This document shows, one piece after another, positions 9,159 through 17,871 of a DNA stretch of 64,000 bases. The stretch is from a virus. The stretch is from positions 32,001 to 96,000 of IMG/VR virus record IMGVR_UViG_3300036774_000066. The stretch is one strand, 5' to 3'. The translations under genes and the position numbers were made by a program. The first letter of the stretch is position 1. The number at the start of each line of letters is the position of its first letter. The notes below the pieces were generated by a model, which searched no databases, had not been told where the DNA came from, and saw nothing but the letters and a program-made list of their open reading frames with translations.

Positions 9159-9359
9159 TCACCTCCTATGGGGAATAATATCAATATGACCTCTCTCGCA
9201 TTCGGGGATTTTATGCTCCTTAATATCTAACAGGAAAATCTCACTTGCTGATTTCCCTTTGCCAATGAACCAATTCTCCGCTGCCTCTTTCAGACAATCA
9301 GGGCACCATACATCATCAACGCCTACCCCTTGCCACTTGTGTTTACGACAGTAGACCAT
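9159..9359 (-). CDS. small Cys/His-rich hypothetical protein
   Basis: YCRKH...WCPDC. Confidence 0.45.
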   Translation of the reverse strand: MVYCRKHKWQGVGVDDVWCPDCLKEAAENWFIGKGKSASEIFLLDIKEHKIPECERGHIDIIPHRR

Positions 9360-9362
9360 CCT

Positions 9363-9977
9363 TTACTTCTTCCCCTTTCCCTTGACATATCCAAACATAT
9401 ACCCCGACATAAGATCAGCACTATGCACCAGGGTTGACAACTTGCTCATTCCCCCTCCATCAGAGGAGTACGAATATACACTTGACAAATTAGTAGAAAA
9501 ACCACCATGATGATGACTTACCGCCTCTATTTGCTGGTCTGTCAAGATCAATCCGTGCTTCGCGCAAAGCTGCGTGACCTTCGCACTTTCATCAGGATAA
9601 AAAATATCGTCTGCCACTTCCCATATCTGTCCACCATACTTCTCCTGTCTGCGATAATCACCAGCAGGCATATCTTTGTATCTGTAAAGTTTGTCCAAGT
9701 CATGCACATAGCAGACTATAATAACATCGTCTTGTGTAAAGTCAATGGCAGTAGGAGTTACAGGAACTATCATCTTGTATAGACCTATTCCTAACATCAC
9801 CACTTCCTTGACGTGATCGGCATATCCCCCTACCCACGCATGATGTCGCCTTCGGGATGCAGGCCAATATTCTATCCTACTCTGTAAAGACAAGTGCATC
9901 GCCGCCAACTTCTCCCGGTCTGCCTCGCCCTGGATCATCATAAGCATCTGGGAAATCTGCTCATAACTGGTAGTCAT
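9363..9977 (-). CDS. HD-domain phosphohydrolase (YhaM/Cbf1-like HD domain)
   Basis: PAS...HHAWVGGYADH...YVHDLDK...HHGG...HSADLMS. Confidence 0.8.
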   Translation of the reverse strand: MTTSYEQISQMLMMIQGEADREKLAAMHLSLQSRIEYWPASRRRHHAWVGGYADHVKEVVMLGIGLYKMIVPVTPTAIDFTQDDVIIVCYVHDLDKLYRYKDMPAGDYRRQEKYGGQIWEVADDIFYPDESAKVTQLCAKHGLILTDQQIEAVSHHHGGFSTNLSSVYSYSSDGGGMSKLSTLVHSADLMSGYMFGYVKGKGKK

Positions 9978-10331
9978 TTAACGCCTCCCGTTTCAGCCCA
10001 AGTTTAAGCCCCTGACCTCTGTTCCCCCGATCCCCTGACTGTACGCCACGCAACCCTCAATTCCTCAGTCCTACTCAATCCTACCCGTCCCACTTGCCCC
10101 TGAATCCCCGCTCCACCCCGGCTCCGACTTCTGAGTCCTCCCATTAAAGCACCCTTTCTAACAGGCTTTCCCCGTCTTCTCCTGGGCTTCCCCTGGGGAA
10201 GAATCCCTGGAGCACCTGGGTTCCAAACCGATTCCTCACAGTGCATTATTAGACTTTCCGGCCCGTGGAAGAAGTAGCCTGCCATCACGTCTTATCCTTG
10301 AGAGTCTGACTCTTGCAACAGCGTCTCACTC

Positions 10332-10550
10332 CTACCTACAAGACCTTCTTCTTGCGCTCACTCGAAACTGTGGCCCACCCGTACTGTCTGCCGTCCTCAA
10401 AACCCTCACTTCCCGCACGCACTCGTACTGAATACCCTTATTTCCTAAAGTCTCTGGGTCAAGACGGTTTACAACAACGATAGTAGAACAACCTACAATA
10501 AACGTACCTGTAAACAACGCAAGAAACACACCCCTTAGACGTATCATCAT
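10332..10550 (-). CDS. small putative lipoprotein/membrane protein
   Basis: hydrophobic N-terminus ending IVGC; GGAGG RBS. Confidence 0.4.
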   Translation of the reverse strand: MMIRLRGVFLALFTGTFIVGCSTIVVVNRLDPETLGNKGIQYECVREVRVLRTADSTGGPQFRVSARRRSCR

Positions 10551-10779
10551 GGCTCACCCTCCATGACTTTTACCCATACAGGGACGGAAACCTTCACCCC
10601 AAAACCAATGCACCTATCAGCCTATCCAGCAGTGGTACACATTCATCACTTTTGCCCCGGAGGGACGGAAACTTTTCCTTTGCATCAGAGATTAACTAAT
10701 CGGAATTTAATGGGTGCCCACTCAACCGACTGAAAAATCTCATATTTACAACAAGATAATCCCGTTTGTAGACCACCCA

Positions 10780-11427
10780 TTATAGCCTTCCTTGCCCTTC
10801 CTCGAAGTCATCAATCGAAACGCCTCTATTACCCTTAGAATCACTTTCACTTGTGCCTGTTCTTGCTTTCTTGACTTGTCCCAACAACTCTTTCACCGCC
10901 TTTAATCCTTCGGCATCCAAACTTCGCACCAGGTTTACCAACTCATCTCGCTCTGGGTCAATGATTATGTCCTTTGACTCAATAGAAAATCTCCGTGCAA
11001 ACTCCAAGAAATCCTGTACCGTGTTTTTTAATCTATTATGTGTGGTCATCAATTGCGCATCAGACAATCCAGCGAAACTTTTATTGACAAATAATCTTTC
11101 CTCTATGTCCTGTAACTGAGTCATCATCGAATTGAGACTTCCAAATCGCTGTATTATCATGTACGCAATATAGTAGCCCATCTTATTGCTTATGTCAGCC
11201 ATCATCTTTGCCAGCCTCGCGGGTGGAACCGTCATGTCACCCTTCATCCACGCAAAAATATCCGCTGGTATAGCATTTCCATCAGGCTTTTTCTCATCTT
11301 TTGGCGGCTCCTCCCTCGGCAAAGGCATCTTCCCCTTCGTCGCATCCCCTACCAAGTTAGTAATCCCCTTAGACGCTTCTAAAAATCGTGGCCCCGGTAT
11401 CTTCTTCTTGATAGGCGGCAATGGCAT
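10780..11427 (-). CDS. hypothetical helical protein
   Basis: 215-aa ORF with GAGG RBS. Confidence 0.6.
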   Translation of the reverse strand: MPLPPIKKKIPGPRFLEASKGITNLVGDATKGKMPLPREEPPKDEKKPDGNAIPADIFAWMKGDMTVPPARLAKMMADISNKMGYYIAYMIIQRFGSLNSMMTQLQDIEERLFVNKSFAGLSDAQLMTTHNRLKNTVQDFLEFARRFSIESKDIIIDPERDELVNLVRSLDAEGLKAVKELLGQVKKARTGTSESDSKGNRGVSIDDFEEGQGRL

Positions 11428-11504
11428 ATTCTACCTCAGATAAGTTTACATGAAAGAATTTCGGGCAGGGTATTCAACACACTGAAATAACTTACTTTAC
11501 AAAG

Positions 11505-12137
11505 CTATACTACTCCTACCAGACCATCCGATTCAGGTTGCTCCTCTTTTACATCAGGGAAATCTTCGGTTTCCTTGTTGTTTGCCTGAAATAACTCCCT
11601 AAATTGCTTCATGCAAGTGTCAACCTTGTCGCTTATCTTCTTCAAATCCTCCACCGACTTATGAAATTTCTTAGACGCACCTAAATACGTCCGCTCTGTA
11701 AAGTCTCCCTCCTTCAAATACAAGTACACCATAGAAAATTTCTTCAGCTTCAGCAAGTATCTTATGTCCGGCACCTTCACCGCTGCCCCATTAAACATTG
11801 ACAGGAATAGAATTGTCTCCCTGCCAAACAAGCTGTACAGCCTAACATAAAAATCATTCTTAGAAAATCCTGCCAGCACCGAAACCAGTACAACTAATCC
11901 ATTGTTTGTCAAGTCAGTAGAAAAATTAAACAGCAGCTTGTTCTTTACAGATACAGAATCCTCCCTCACTATGTCCTCATTCGGGTCTTCCTCCATCCCT
12001 ACATCAGAATCCTTCACCTCTGCAAGCAACTGTTCTAATAAGTGCTGACTTGATGGAGAACCAATCGAATCCCGTCTTTCTCTGGTGTCGCTCATGTTGA
12101 TTATTCCCCTTAGATTCTTTTGGAAAAAACGCCTCAA
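11505..12137 (-). CDS. Mor-like transcription activator (probable start MSDT at 12095)
   Basis: FNGAAVKVP...VYLYLKEG...ASKKFHKSVEDLKKI resembles Mor/C family FGG..VYIP plus C-terminal HTH. Confidence 0.4.
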   Translation of the reverse strand: MRRFFQKNLRGIINMSDTRERRDSIGSPSSQHLLEQLLAEVKDSDVGMEEDPNEDIVREDSVSVKNKLLFNFSTDLTNNGLVVLVSVLAGFSKNDFYVRLYSLFGRETILFLSMFNGAAVKVPDIRYLLKLKKFSMVYLYLKEGDFTERTYLGASKKFHKSVEDLKKISDKVDTCMKQFRELFQANNKETEDFPDVKEEQPESDGLVGVV

Positions 12138-12618
12138 CTTTACAAGTGCATATCCCTAACTCACCCAACCTCTCCGATACTTCTCCATAACAAATAGACA
12201 AATCTTCCATGATGTCAATGTCCTCTCCCTCATCATTCTCCCGCCTCACAAAATCAAAATCCTCCGGGTCCGTCAACCTCTCTCGCCTCAACTTCCTCAG
12301 ATAATTCCCTATCTCATTTCTCGCCGTAGAGTAAACTATCACAACCAAATCACACTTGGGGTTTATCCACCTCTCCTTCAACTTTGCGAAGGCTTTACAA
12401 TAGCCAAGTGAAAATAACTCCGATACATCAAGGTTAGGATGTCTCGGAAGAAAATGTCTCTTGATAACCACATTCACCACGTCCGAAATCGTCGCCTCAA
12501 GTAAATGCTTATCGAATTTCTCTCCCCTGACAAAGGAAGACAGATTAGTAGCAGAGATTCTTTTGGTCCAATGGGATTTTTTGCATTGACAAAATGAACC
12601 GACCATACCTATATCCAT
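12004..12618 (-). CDS. sigma70 region-2-like factor
   Basis: DVSELFSLGYCKAF...VYSTARNEIGNYLRK pattern of sigma region 2. Confidence 0.5.
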   Translation of the reverse strand: MDIGMVGSFCQCKKSHWTKRISATNLSSFVRGEKFDKHLLEATISDVVNVVIKRHFLPRHPNLDVSELFSLGYCKAFAKLKERWINPKCDLVVIVYSTARNEIGNYLRKLRRERLTDPEDFDFVRRENDEGEDIDIMEDLSICYGEVSERLGELGICTCKVEAFFPKESKGNNQHERHQRKTGFDWFSIKSALIRTVACRGEGF

Positions 12619-13170
12619 AGATATTTACTCCTAACTCAGATGTGTCAACAAAAATTAAACCAGCAAAGTGTAGGGAATCGAGCAGATGCCTCCGCTCAGT
12701 TCCCGCTTAAAGCATCCTGTAAAGACAGGACTCGGTGAGGCAAAGCAACAGCAGGATTAACAAATCGTAGCCACTGATTTTTACATCAGACTTAATCGTT
12801 TTCTAATCACGTCAACCGTCATAGTTACACCAGAGAATGATCCACTTTTCAATTATTCGCAAAAGTTAAGCTGGAAGTAGGGTTTCAAGTGTAGGAAATG
12901 CTGCAACTCCCTTTTTTCTTTCTTTCCTGTAGAAATCTGTCTAAAAGTAAACTAAAAGCTAATAGAACCATCCATTACATCCGTCGTGTATGTAAAATAA
13001 GTAAATCAAACCAAACAGGCTATTCGATCCTCTCCAAACCGTATTAGAGCAAGCTATTGTTTCCTGATTCTTTGCTAATTTCATATTTATTCTGGCTATC
13101 ACTCCTGCCATGCTTAACAGGGTATAAATACAATTCTTAATACTTAAAGATACATTAAGAATAGACTATA
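12619..13170. other. 550-bp non-coding region with hairpins and an AT-rich tract (candidate ncRNA and/or replication origin)
   Basis: no ORF >=60 aa on either strand; hairpins at 12673-12704 and 12715-12730. Confidence 0.4.
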
Positions 13171-13734
13171 CTAAGGCTCTTTTTTATTTCCGAAGAGGTG
13201 TCTATTTATTATGTCTGTCAATTTTTCTTTTTTCATTTTTCTTCCAGTTTGCCTCATTCGAGCAGTGCGTTTGGGGTCGGACTGTTTCGGAATTGTTGTG
13301 ATAATTCTATGTGTAAACGAATTTGCAACAGGAGAATCTATTGTTGTGGGAATGCTATCGGGGGATTTTGCGACGGGAAGTGTAGAAAATTCATAAGACG
13401 CCCTGTATACCCTTATGCGACGCTGCTCCCAATCCGCAACCAGACGTGTTAGCGCATCTATACCCTTTGTCCATTCCTTCTTCAAATCCAATAATGGAGG
13501 TTTAATTGCCGTTTGCATAGAATTTACATGAGGATAGTAACGAGGATAATGATACACAATCAAATTCCCGTCTTGCAGGGTATGAACTATTACCTCTTTA
13601 AGAACCCTCCCCGCCTTCACCCCGCCATCCCACACACTCAATTCCACAGAATTTTCTTCCCATTCTGTGAATTTACGATAAGACAATCCAGTAGAATTTG
13701 AGTCAGAGTCATCTATCACTTGTAAAATATACAT
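13171..13734 (-). CDS. hypothetical protein
   Basis: 187-aa ORF. Confidence 0.5.
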   Translation of the reverse strand: MYILQVIDDSDSNSTGLSYRKFTEWEENSVELSVWDGGVKAGRVLKEVIVHTLQDGNLIVYHYPRYYPHVNSMQTAIKPPLLDLKKEWTKGIDALTRLVADWEQRRIRVYRASYEFSTLPVAKSPDSIPTTIDSPVANSFTHRIITTIPKQSDPKRTARMRQTGRKMKKEKLTDIINRHLFGNKKEP

Positions 13735-13791
13735 TGTTTTTTGTCCTAAATGTCAATAGATTACTTCCACCGCAACCATCAGGCTACTTTT

Positions 13792-15120
13792 TCAAATCCT
13801 GAGTTTCTGCGTGCAAAGATCTTTTTGAGCATTCTTACGCATTGACGATAGGGCTTTCATGAGCGCAGTATTAAAGTCACGCAACACCTTGGCCTTTCCA
13901 TCACTGCCGTCCTCAAACGCCTCCACCGCCTCATCCCTCAACAGGCTTATCACCGCATCAATCCCCCGGTAATACCCCTCTCGCCACTCTTCCATACTAT
14001 CTTTTTCGGGGATTTTTGTTTGCGCGTTTTTTGTAGGCTGTGCTTTGTTGCGCGTCTTAACCCAATACCTCTCCAGCGAAAGAAGCATATCTTGTAAATC
14101 AATTCGCGTATGTATAGTATTTATAGCAGGCATTACTTCGTGACTCTTAATCAACTTGACAATCTCCTTGCCCAACAGCTTAATAATAACCTCCCGCAAA
14201 TCCATCGTCACCACACTCCCATCACCAGATAAAAAGTCATCCAAGAACTTGAAACAAGTATCATACTCCCCCTCATAATCAGCTATCATCTTAGGAGTAG
14301 GAAAATCAACTACACCAGTATAAGGCACCCCAAACATCTTCCGCTCATTCTCGGACCTCTTGAACTTCTTCTCAGCTTCCACACTCTCCCTTACTTCCTT
14401 CGCCACACGCTTAGAAAAAGGAACACTGCATATCGCACACCTTGTCAAAGTACAACCCTCACACGGATTCTCCTTATCGTCAACAGCCTTCTCAGCAACC
14501 TTCCCCTCCACCTCCTCCTTCTTAATCCCCGCCATCCCACCCTCCCCTAACTTCGAGGATAACTTAGAAACATCAAGAGGCTTCTCATACTTCCCCTCTT
14601 GTATCTTCTCTTCTTGCTCCCCCGTCTCCTGTATCTGTGGCTGCTCCTTCTGCCCCTGTCCTTGCGGCTGCTCTGGCATATCCGTCTCCTGAATCTTCAT
14701 CCTCTTTTCAGAGGGATGCCAATAATCATACCCCTTACTGCACCCCTCTGGATGCTCACAATCACAAGACATACAAGCCTTAATCTGCTTATCAAGTGTT
14801 GCCTGTGGTAAACAATGAAACTTCCGGACTACCACACCATTACGCAAAATTTCCGAAGCAGGTATAGGCTTTAATGTCTTCGCGTCAAGCATTAGGTTAT
14901 TCTCCATTAAAAACTTTCCAATAGAACAATACAACTCAATCAACTGCTCCTTCGACATCCTATTAGGTCCGTCCGAAAGATACACCACCACGTCCCGACT
15001 CTTCTCTCCCTCATGTAAACCACACCAAGTAATATTCATAGATTTACCTTTCTGCAATTTACCGTTCGGACCATTGCCCCACCCATAATCGTGATACCCG
15101 TCCGGGCCATCAGTTATCAT
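13792..15120 (-). CDS. hypothetical multi-segment protein
   Basis: 442-aa ORF with Cys clusters and Q/E-rich linker (IQE repeats). Confidence 0.6.
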   Translation of the reverse strand: MITDGPDGYHDYGWGNGPNGKLQKGKSMNITWCGLHEGEKSRDVVVYLSDGPNRMSKEQLIELYCSIGKFLMENNLMLDAKTLKPIPASEILRNGVVVRKFHCLPQATLDKQIKACMSCDCEHPEGCSKGYDYWHPSEKRMKIQETDMPEQPQGQGQKEQPQIQETGEQEEKIQEGKYEKPLDVSKLSSKLGEGGMAGIKKEEVEGKVAEKAVDDKENPCEGCTLTRCAICSVPFSKRVAKEVRESVEAEKKFKRSENERKMFGVPYTGVVDFPTPKMIADYEGEYDTCFKFLDDFLSGDGSVVTMDLREVIIKLLGKEIVKLIKSHEVMPAINTIHTRIDLQDMLLSLERYWVKTRNKAQPTKNAQTKIPEKDSMEEWREGYYRGIDAVISLLRDEAVEAFEDGSDGKAKVLRDFNTALMKALSSMRKNAQKDLCTQKLRI

Positions 15121-15123
15121 CGC

Positions 15124-15405
15124 CTACTCCATTAAAACATCATACATATCTACCCAATACCTCCTACCAGTCAAACTCAATACACAAACCTTCTCATAAA
15201 ATTCGTCCTGTTCATCCACCGTACCCTTCATAACATGCCCGTTTTTCTTATATGTAATCTCAGAACCAACAGGATAAACTTCATTAAACGTCTTTACAAT
15301 GTCCCTCTGAGTCTGAGCCTTTAACGCCATCAATTCACCAATACGAGCAATCGCATACGCCCTATTGTCAATAGAAGAAGTTTCCATTTTACCACTCCTC
15401 CACAA
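15124..15405 (-). CDS. hypothetical protein
   Basis: ORF in operon. Confidence 0.55.
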   Translation of the reverse strand: MWRSGKMETSSIDNRAYAIARIGELMALKAQTQRDIVKTFNEVYPVGSEITYKKNGHVMKGTVDEQDEFYEKVCVLSLTGRRYWVDMYDVLME

Positions 15406-15624
15406 CTATGTCAAGCCCTGCTTTTCCATCAACTTCTCAACTTGACTTCCACAAATCTGACAGATATTCTTCTCCCTTGCACACTTCTGACAAGATTGCT
15501 TTAGTTGCGTTCTGTAAAAAGAATATCGACCATGCTTCTCACACATGCCATCACCCATGCAGTCATGAAATAGACGCTTCTTTATCTTTTCACACTCTTT
15601 ACAAAGGTACATAGTACATCTCAC
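15406..15624 (-). CDS. Cys-rich Zn-binding protein, paralog of 57618-57830
   Basis: CxxC...CxxHGxY...CxxCAxExxxCQxCG shared with 57618-57830. Confidence 0.6.
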   Translation of the reverse strand: MRCTMYLCKECEKIKKRLFHDCMGDGMCEKHGRYSFYRTQLKQSCQKCAREKNICQICGSQVEKLMEKQGLT

Positions 15625-15826
15625 TCAATAGGGAAATCCCGGCACACTCGTATCCAACTCACTCTCCAAAATCAACTCCTTTATCACTGCACGTCGCAAT
15701 TCCGGTATCCGCTCATTTACCTTCTTGATAATCTTCTGAGAACACTCCACACAAAACCTAACCGCACAGGCTTTCTTGCATATCTCACACTTGTTTTTCA
15801 TGCTGCATTACCTGTAAAAACTTTAC

Positions 15827-15865
15827 AAAAAGAAAAAGGCACGTACCTATCTCTAAATACGTGCC
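15827..15865 (-). terminator. Rho-independent terminator
   Basis: stem GGCACGTA(15838-15845)/TACGTGCC(15858-15865) followed by a T-run on the minus strand, just after the SPFH gene. Confidence 0.75.
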
Positions 15866-15885
15866 CTTTCCCCAAAACCACAAGA

Positions 15886-16701
15886 CTACTTTCCTATTAC
15901 CACTCCACCGGGCTGTCCATCAATAATGGTAAAGGAAACACCAGTATTCTTTGCAGCAATGTCCTTGTACGTATCATACTTCTTGAAAAGCATGTACTCA
16001 GGGTTACGCCGCAATGCCTTTCCAAGTGAGTCAATCGTGGCTACTTGCGCCAATGATGCCTGCTTCGCATTCTCCGCTGCCCAAACAGTTTCATCCTGCT
16101 TGATATTGGAGAACTTCGCATTCTGCATAAGCAACGGCACCCCGGACGCTTTGAACGATTCAATTGCCATTGCAGACCCTTTTGTGCTCGCCCCGTCCAT
16201 GTCTACAACAACAGAATTGTAATCAGGATACTTACTAAGAACAGACCGAACACCTGACCGAATATCCATCTTGGCAAACTGAGTGTAGATAGCGTCAATC
16301 GTTATCACCGACACACGATCCATACTGGTAGACTTTGGAGTCATCTGTGCAAAAACCGCATTGCGTGTGTCAAGGTCAGCAGCTACCGCGCACCTAACAT
16401 AAAAATCAACAGTACACGGTGTCTTATTGATTATCACCCGGTCATCCTCCCCGTTCCCTCCATCCTTCCCAAAATGTTCCTTGATAGCAACTGACGTAGC
16501 CTCAAGTATAACAAGTACGTTCTTTGTTCCGTTAGGATTACCTGTCCCAATGTCAACCATGCCCGCCTCACGAACTCCCTTTTCCCACCCTGTCGGAGTA
16601 AGAATCTTTCCGACATATCCAGCAGGAATTTGCCGATACTCTTCACATCCGAGAAACACAAACGCCATCAGGCAAACCAAACCAACCAATCCGTACCTCA
16701 T
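15886..16701 (-). CDS. SPFH/band-7 domain lipoprotein
   Basis: signal/lipobox FLGC, IPAGYVGKIL, IRSGVRSVLSKY, C-terminal helical segment; typical phage SPFH layout. Confidence 0.65.
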   Translation of the reverse strand: MRYGLVGLVCLMAFVFLGCEEYRQIPAGYVGKILTPTGWEKGVREAGMVDIGTGNPNGTKNVLVILEATSVAIKEHFGKDGGNGEDDRVIINKTPCTVDFYVRCAVAADLDTRNAVFAQMTPKSTSMDRVSVITIDAIYTQFAKMDIRSGVRSVLSKYPDYNSVVVDMDGASTKGSAMAIESFKASGVPLLMQNAKFSNIKQDETVWAAENAKQASLAQVATIDSLGKALRRNPEYMLFKKYDTYKDIAAKNTGVSFTIIDGQPGGVVIGK

Positions 16702-17051
16702 TTCGCCTCCCCTTTGTTAGAGTTAGTAGAATTAAGAATACGTTGCTCATACGCCTTTTGCTGATCCAATACCTGACTCCGATCAATCACACCACGCGGA
16801 GTAGCATTGACGGACAGGGAAGACAGCAGGAACAAGGCGTAACCCACCCATGCAAGCCCGGCAATTGTCCACGCTACCCTCTTGACAAGTGCCTTGACCT
16901 TCATTTCATGCAATTCGTCATTGTCACCTTCGCCAAACAAGAACAACCGCCAGGAAAACCTACACACAACGGTCACAGCAACAAACAAGACAATCAACGC
17001 TATGACTAATCGCAATAGTGATGGACCATAGATTCTTAGCAGGTCAACCAT
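16698..17051 (-). CDS. membrane protein (2 TM segments)
   Basis: two hydrophobic helices; AGGAGG RBS at 17059-17064. Confidence 0.65.
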   Translation of the reverse strand: MVDLLRIYGPSLLRLVIALIVLFVAVTVVCRFSWRLFLFGEGDNDELHEMKVKALVKRVAWTIAGLAWVGYALFLLSSLSVNATPRGVIDRSQVLDQQKAYEQRILNSTNSNKGEAK

Positions 17052-17070
17052 TAAGAAACCTCCTTTGAAA

Positions 17071-17871
17071 AATGCGAAACAAAGCTACACTATACTTCAC
17101 CAAAACACCACGGCACAGGCTCCAACACCACCGCAACACCACCCAACGGTACGTTACTCTACCGTCACTCGACATAACGATTCCCAACTCAACCTCACCG
17201 CCGCAAGACAGAACCAAACTTCACCGAAACACTGCGGCACGGAACCAAACCCTACCACAACCGCGCCCTACTGAACATGACGCTACCGTCAAGGAACTTG
17301 ACCGCACAATACGTCACCACAACCAGACGTTAGCATACCGGACAAAACCCAACCCTACCATCACATCATGGCACGACACGATACCTCCACAGAACATAAC
17401 TTCACCACTACGCCACGAGACAATACTCTACCGTCACCCATCGGCACGATACTATACCAAAACGTGACTGCACCTTACCAAGACAAGACGTAACGGCACT
17501 ACACCTTACCACGACAGGACGTGATAGAACGTCACGTCACCTCACCAAGACACTATCTCACCTGACCGAACCAAGACGTTAGGATACCTCACTGCGCAAT
17601 ACTTAACCGTCCCCCAACATAACGATTCCAAACCCGACCTCACCGGAACACTACGCGACTGCACCCAACTCCACCACGACAATACCTCACCCTACCCCAC
17701 GTAACGATACCGTGACCAAACATCTCCCGACATTACAACACCAGAACATCACACTACGTCAAGGCACTCCACTTTACCACCACCAGAAAACACATAATGA
17801 AACGTAACCTCACCGAAACCGAAACCGGACCGCACTGTACCTAACCAATACAAACATTACCATTACGTTAT
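17071..17871 (-). ncRNA. 5-nt-periodic (GT-NNN)n array, candidate multi-guide RNA precursor for the adjacent RAMP protein (VIPR-like)
   Basis: hand parse gives ~153 units, ~133 ending AC on + (GT on gene strand); 27 six-nt units, all CNNNNN on +, divide it into blocks; no minus-strand ORF >=60 aa; begins right at the RAMP stop codon. Confidence 0.8.

Noticed and set aside
17065-17467. Plus-strand ORFs 17065-17274 and 17072-17467 (Thr/His/Pro/Arg-rich)
   Set aside because: They oppose every real gene, and their composition follows from the NNNAC periodicity, which rarely produces stops; treated as artefacts of the array.
17071-17871. Array as a canonical CRISPR array or simple microsatellite
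   Set aside because: No 23-50 bp repeat recurs, and three of every five bases vary freely, unlike a slippage-generated satellite.
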